This document shows positions 62,030-64,000 of a stretch of DNA of 64,000 nucleotides, piece by piece (within the stretch, counting starts at the first letter, position 1; every line of letters starts with the position of its first letter). The notes under the pieces are model-generated. The model did not search any database. It was not told where the DNA came from and was given only the letters and a program-made list of their open reading frames with translations. This DNA comes from Octopus vulgaris (Eukaryota), in the NCBI GenBank assembly GCA_951406725.2, contig OX597814.1:202926001-202990000 (forward strand), in the 5' to 3' direction. The position numbers were made by a program, and so were the translations under genes.

Positions 62030-62400
62030 TGAGAGAGAAAGTGAGAGAGATGGCGAAAGATGGAGATATGAAGTGGAAGAGAGAGAAATGAGAGAGGGAA
62101 GAGACAGAGTGCACAAGTGATGGAGGAGGAGAATAGAGGTAGTGAGAGAGAGAAAGAGAGGGAGATGAAGGGTGAGAGACAGGGAGAGATATGAAGTAGA
62201 GGAGAAAGAGAGAAACGAAGCAGGCAGAGATAGAAAGCATAAGGGATGAAGGACGAACGATAGAGAAAAAAGTAGAGAAGGGAAAGAGAGAGAGAGAAGG
62301 AGAGATATAAAGAGTGAAAGACAGAGAAAGCATAAGTGGTGAAGGGGAAGGGATAGAGAGAGAGAGCAGAAAGAGATGAAAGAGGAGAGATAGAGGTAAA
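62030..62400. repeat. ~370-bp purine-rich degenerate (GA)n tract
   Basis: Directly visible; source of the Leu/Ser-rich 179-aa minus-strand ORF. Confidence 0.9.
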
Positions 62401-63040
62401 TTGCTAGAAAAGATGAAAGTAGTATGTTCACTAATAATTCATCTCTTGGAAACCATAGACAGACATCATTCTGAATCAAATGAGTGAGCTTCTTTTTTCT
62501 TTTTTTTACTTTCCCTTTCGTTTTTTTTTTCTTCTTCTACAGAATTAAACGAAATGTTGGAATCTTTATGATATTTAATAAACAATCCCCCACAAATCAA
62601 TGTATTCAAAACAAAAGCACATGTGCAACTGAAGAACTGTCGTTGATAAATAGATTCTAAAAACAACATAAGTAGAAAGATAGGAGATAATAACAGATGG
62701 TGTTAGGAGGAGACTAACGACTACGTTAAGATCAACTCAAGAGCACTTTGCTTTTAAGTGCAGTTCTTTATCTCACAATGATCTCGTAAACTGATTTTTG
62801 TTTTAATTGTGTTTAACATACGCAGTTTGATAGAGAACTTGTTTGTGGTAACTTATGAAACAAGCTTTGTGTATTATTTATAAGACTTATTGAGGAAACC
62901 AGTCAACAATTGGGTAAGAATGTTTGTTGTTTTGTTATTAGAGTAATTTATTGCAACATATGTATTTGGGTGTATACATGTGTGGGTATATAACACAGAC
63001 ATAAATAGATCATACGTACATCATTATCATCATCATTTAA

Positions 63041-63256
63041 CCTTTTAGCATTAAGATTACTCTTTCAAATGCTTATTTATTCACATTGTTTTGAATTAAT
63101 TATAAATTAATTTGTAGCTTCAAGTGTTTGATGATATGATTGTTTAGTTTTAGAATGACATTGTAGGGTAGGTGTGCGGAAACAGATTTGGCCAGTTTGA
63201 ACATTGATGGGTAGAATATTTGGGGCTGGATATGACTGGTTTAGATGCTAAAGAGT
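63041..63256. mobile_element. piggyBac-like MITE with TTAA TSD, inserted into the tail of a minus-strand family D element (~63020-63440)
   Basis: TTAA at 63037-63040 and 63257-63260; TIRs CCTTTTAGCAT / ATGCTAAAAGAG; the host resumes after the second TTAA. Confidence 0.8.
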
Positions 63257-64000
63257 TAACCTCTGTCTTCCATACTGGCATGGGTTGGATGGTTTGACAG
63301 AACTGGTAAACCAGAAGACTGCACCCAAGCTCTACTGTCTGCTTTGGCATGGTTTCTACAGCTGGATGCCCTCTCTAATGCCAACCACTTTACAGTGTGT
63401 AATGGGTACCATTTATGTGGCACCAGCACTGACAGGGTTACCAGGTGCATTGCAAGACAAAGATCTCAACTGAGAGTGGAAGTGGTATTGAGTGGGCTGG
63501 TTTTGTTCCAGGTGATAAGAGGTTAAACTACAATAAACTACAATAAAGGGACAGAAACAGGTGTCAGAGGGAGAGAGACCGAGAACAAGTAGGACAGATT
63601 TTGGCAATGAATGCCAGGGTGTGTCCTCAAGGTGCAAGGGAGGTCAGTGTTAGTGGAGAGGTAAAGGATTGCAAAGAGTGTGTGAGCAGGGAGTCCACAA
63701 GTATGCAAAAGGAAGTGGGGGGCGTTTGACTGCAGGAATGGTGGGGGAGAGACAAGCATGGTACAGGAAGAAGTTATGTAGTTTGGTTCATTGGGTCAGT
63801 GGGGTAGGGGGTGGGGTGAATTAATGGCAGTTCCAGAACTCAGTTTCACTTGGGTAGGCATATCGTGACTTGCAACAATTAAACTTGTGCTTACTGATCT
63901 TGGAATGGGGGCTTCACTATAAGTGCAAGGCCTGAAATTTGTGAGAGGGGATTAGTCGATTACTTTGACCCCAGTGCTTCATTGGGAATTTTCTTTTATC

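Noticed and set aside
61940-62479. 179-aa hydrophobic ORF resembling a membrane protein
   Set aside because: Translation of the (CT)-rich strand of a low-complexity tract.

Overview
This is AT-rich, repeat-saturated eukaryotic non-coding DNA (intron or intergenic). The mix of tRNA-derived SINEs, (AAT)n/(TA)n/(GAT)n microsatellites and RTE/R4 LINE remnants looks like a coleoid cephalopod (Octopus) genome, but that is recognition by eye, not a search result. I cannot support any intact host gene, rRNA, true tRNA or CRISPR array. The supplied ORFs are SINE or microsatellite artefacts, except for a few decayed LINE 3' ends. At least four SINE-like families, hAT-like and piggyBac-like MITEs, a Helentron-like element and several fold-back elements are visible. 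Family letters A-E are my own working labels. Three signals stand out. (1) Penelope-like fold-back elements carry minimal type-I hammerhead ribozyme motifs: a near-canonical one at 59890-59975 and a decayed one at 14502-14536. (2) A head-to-head palindromic element at 26974-27469 joins a tRNA-like Pol III head to a hammerhead-bearing tail, making it a candidate ribozyme-containing, Penelope-mobilised SINE. (3) One SINE forms head-less tandem multimers with the same junction five times, suggesting site-specific self-insertion or circular-template copying. Most element boundaries are approximate (+/-10-20 bp) unless a TSD or inverted-repeat arm is quoted.
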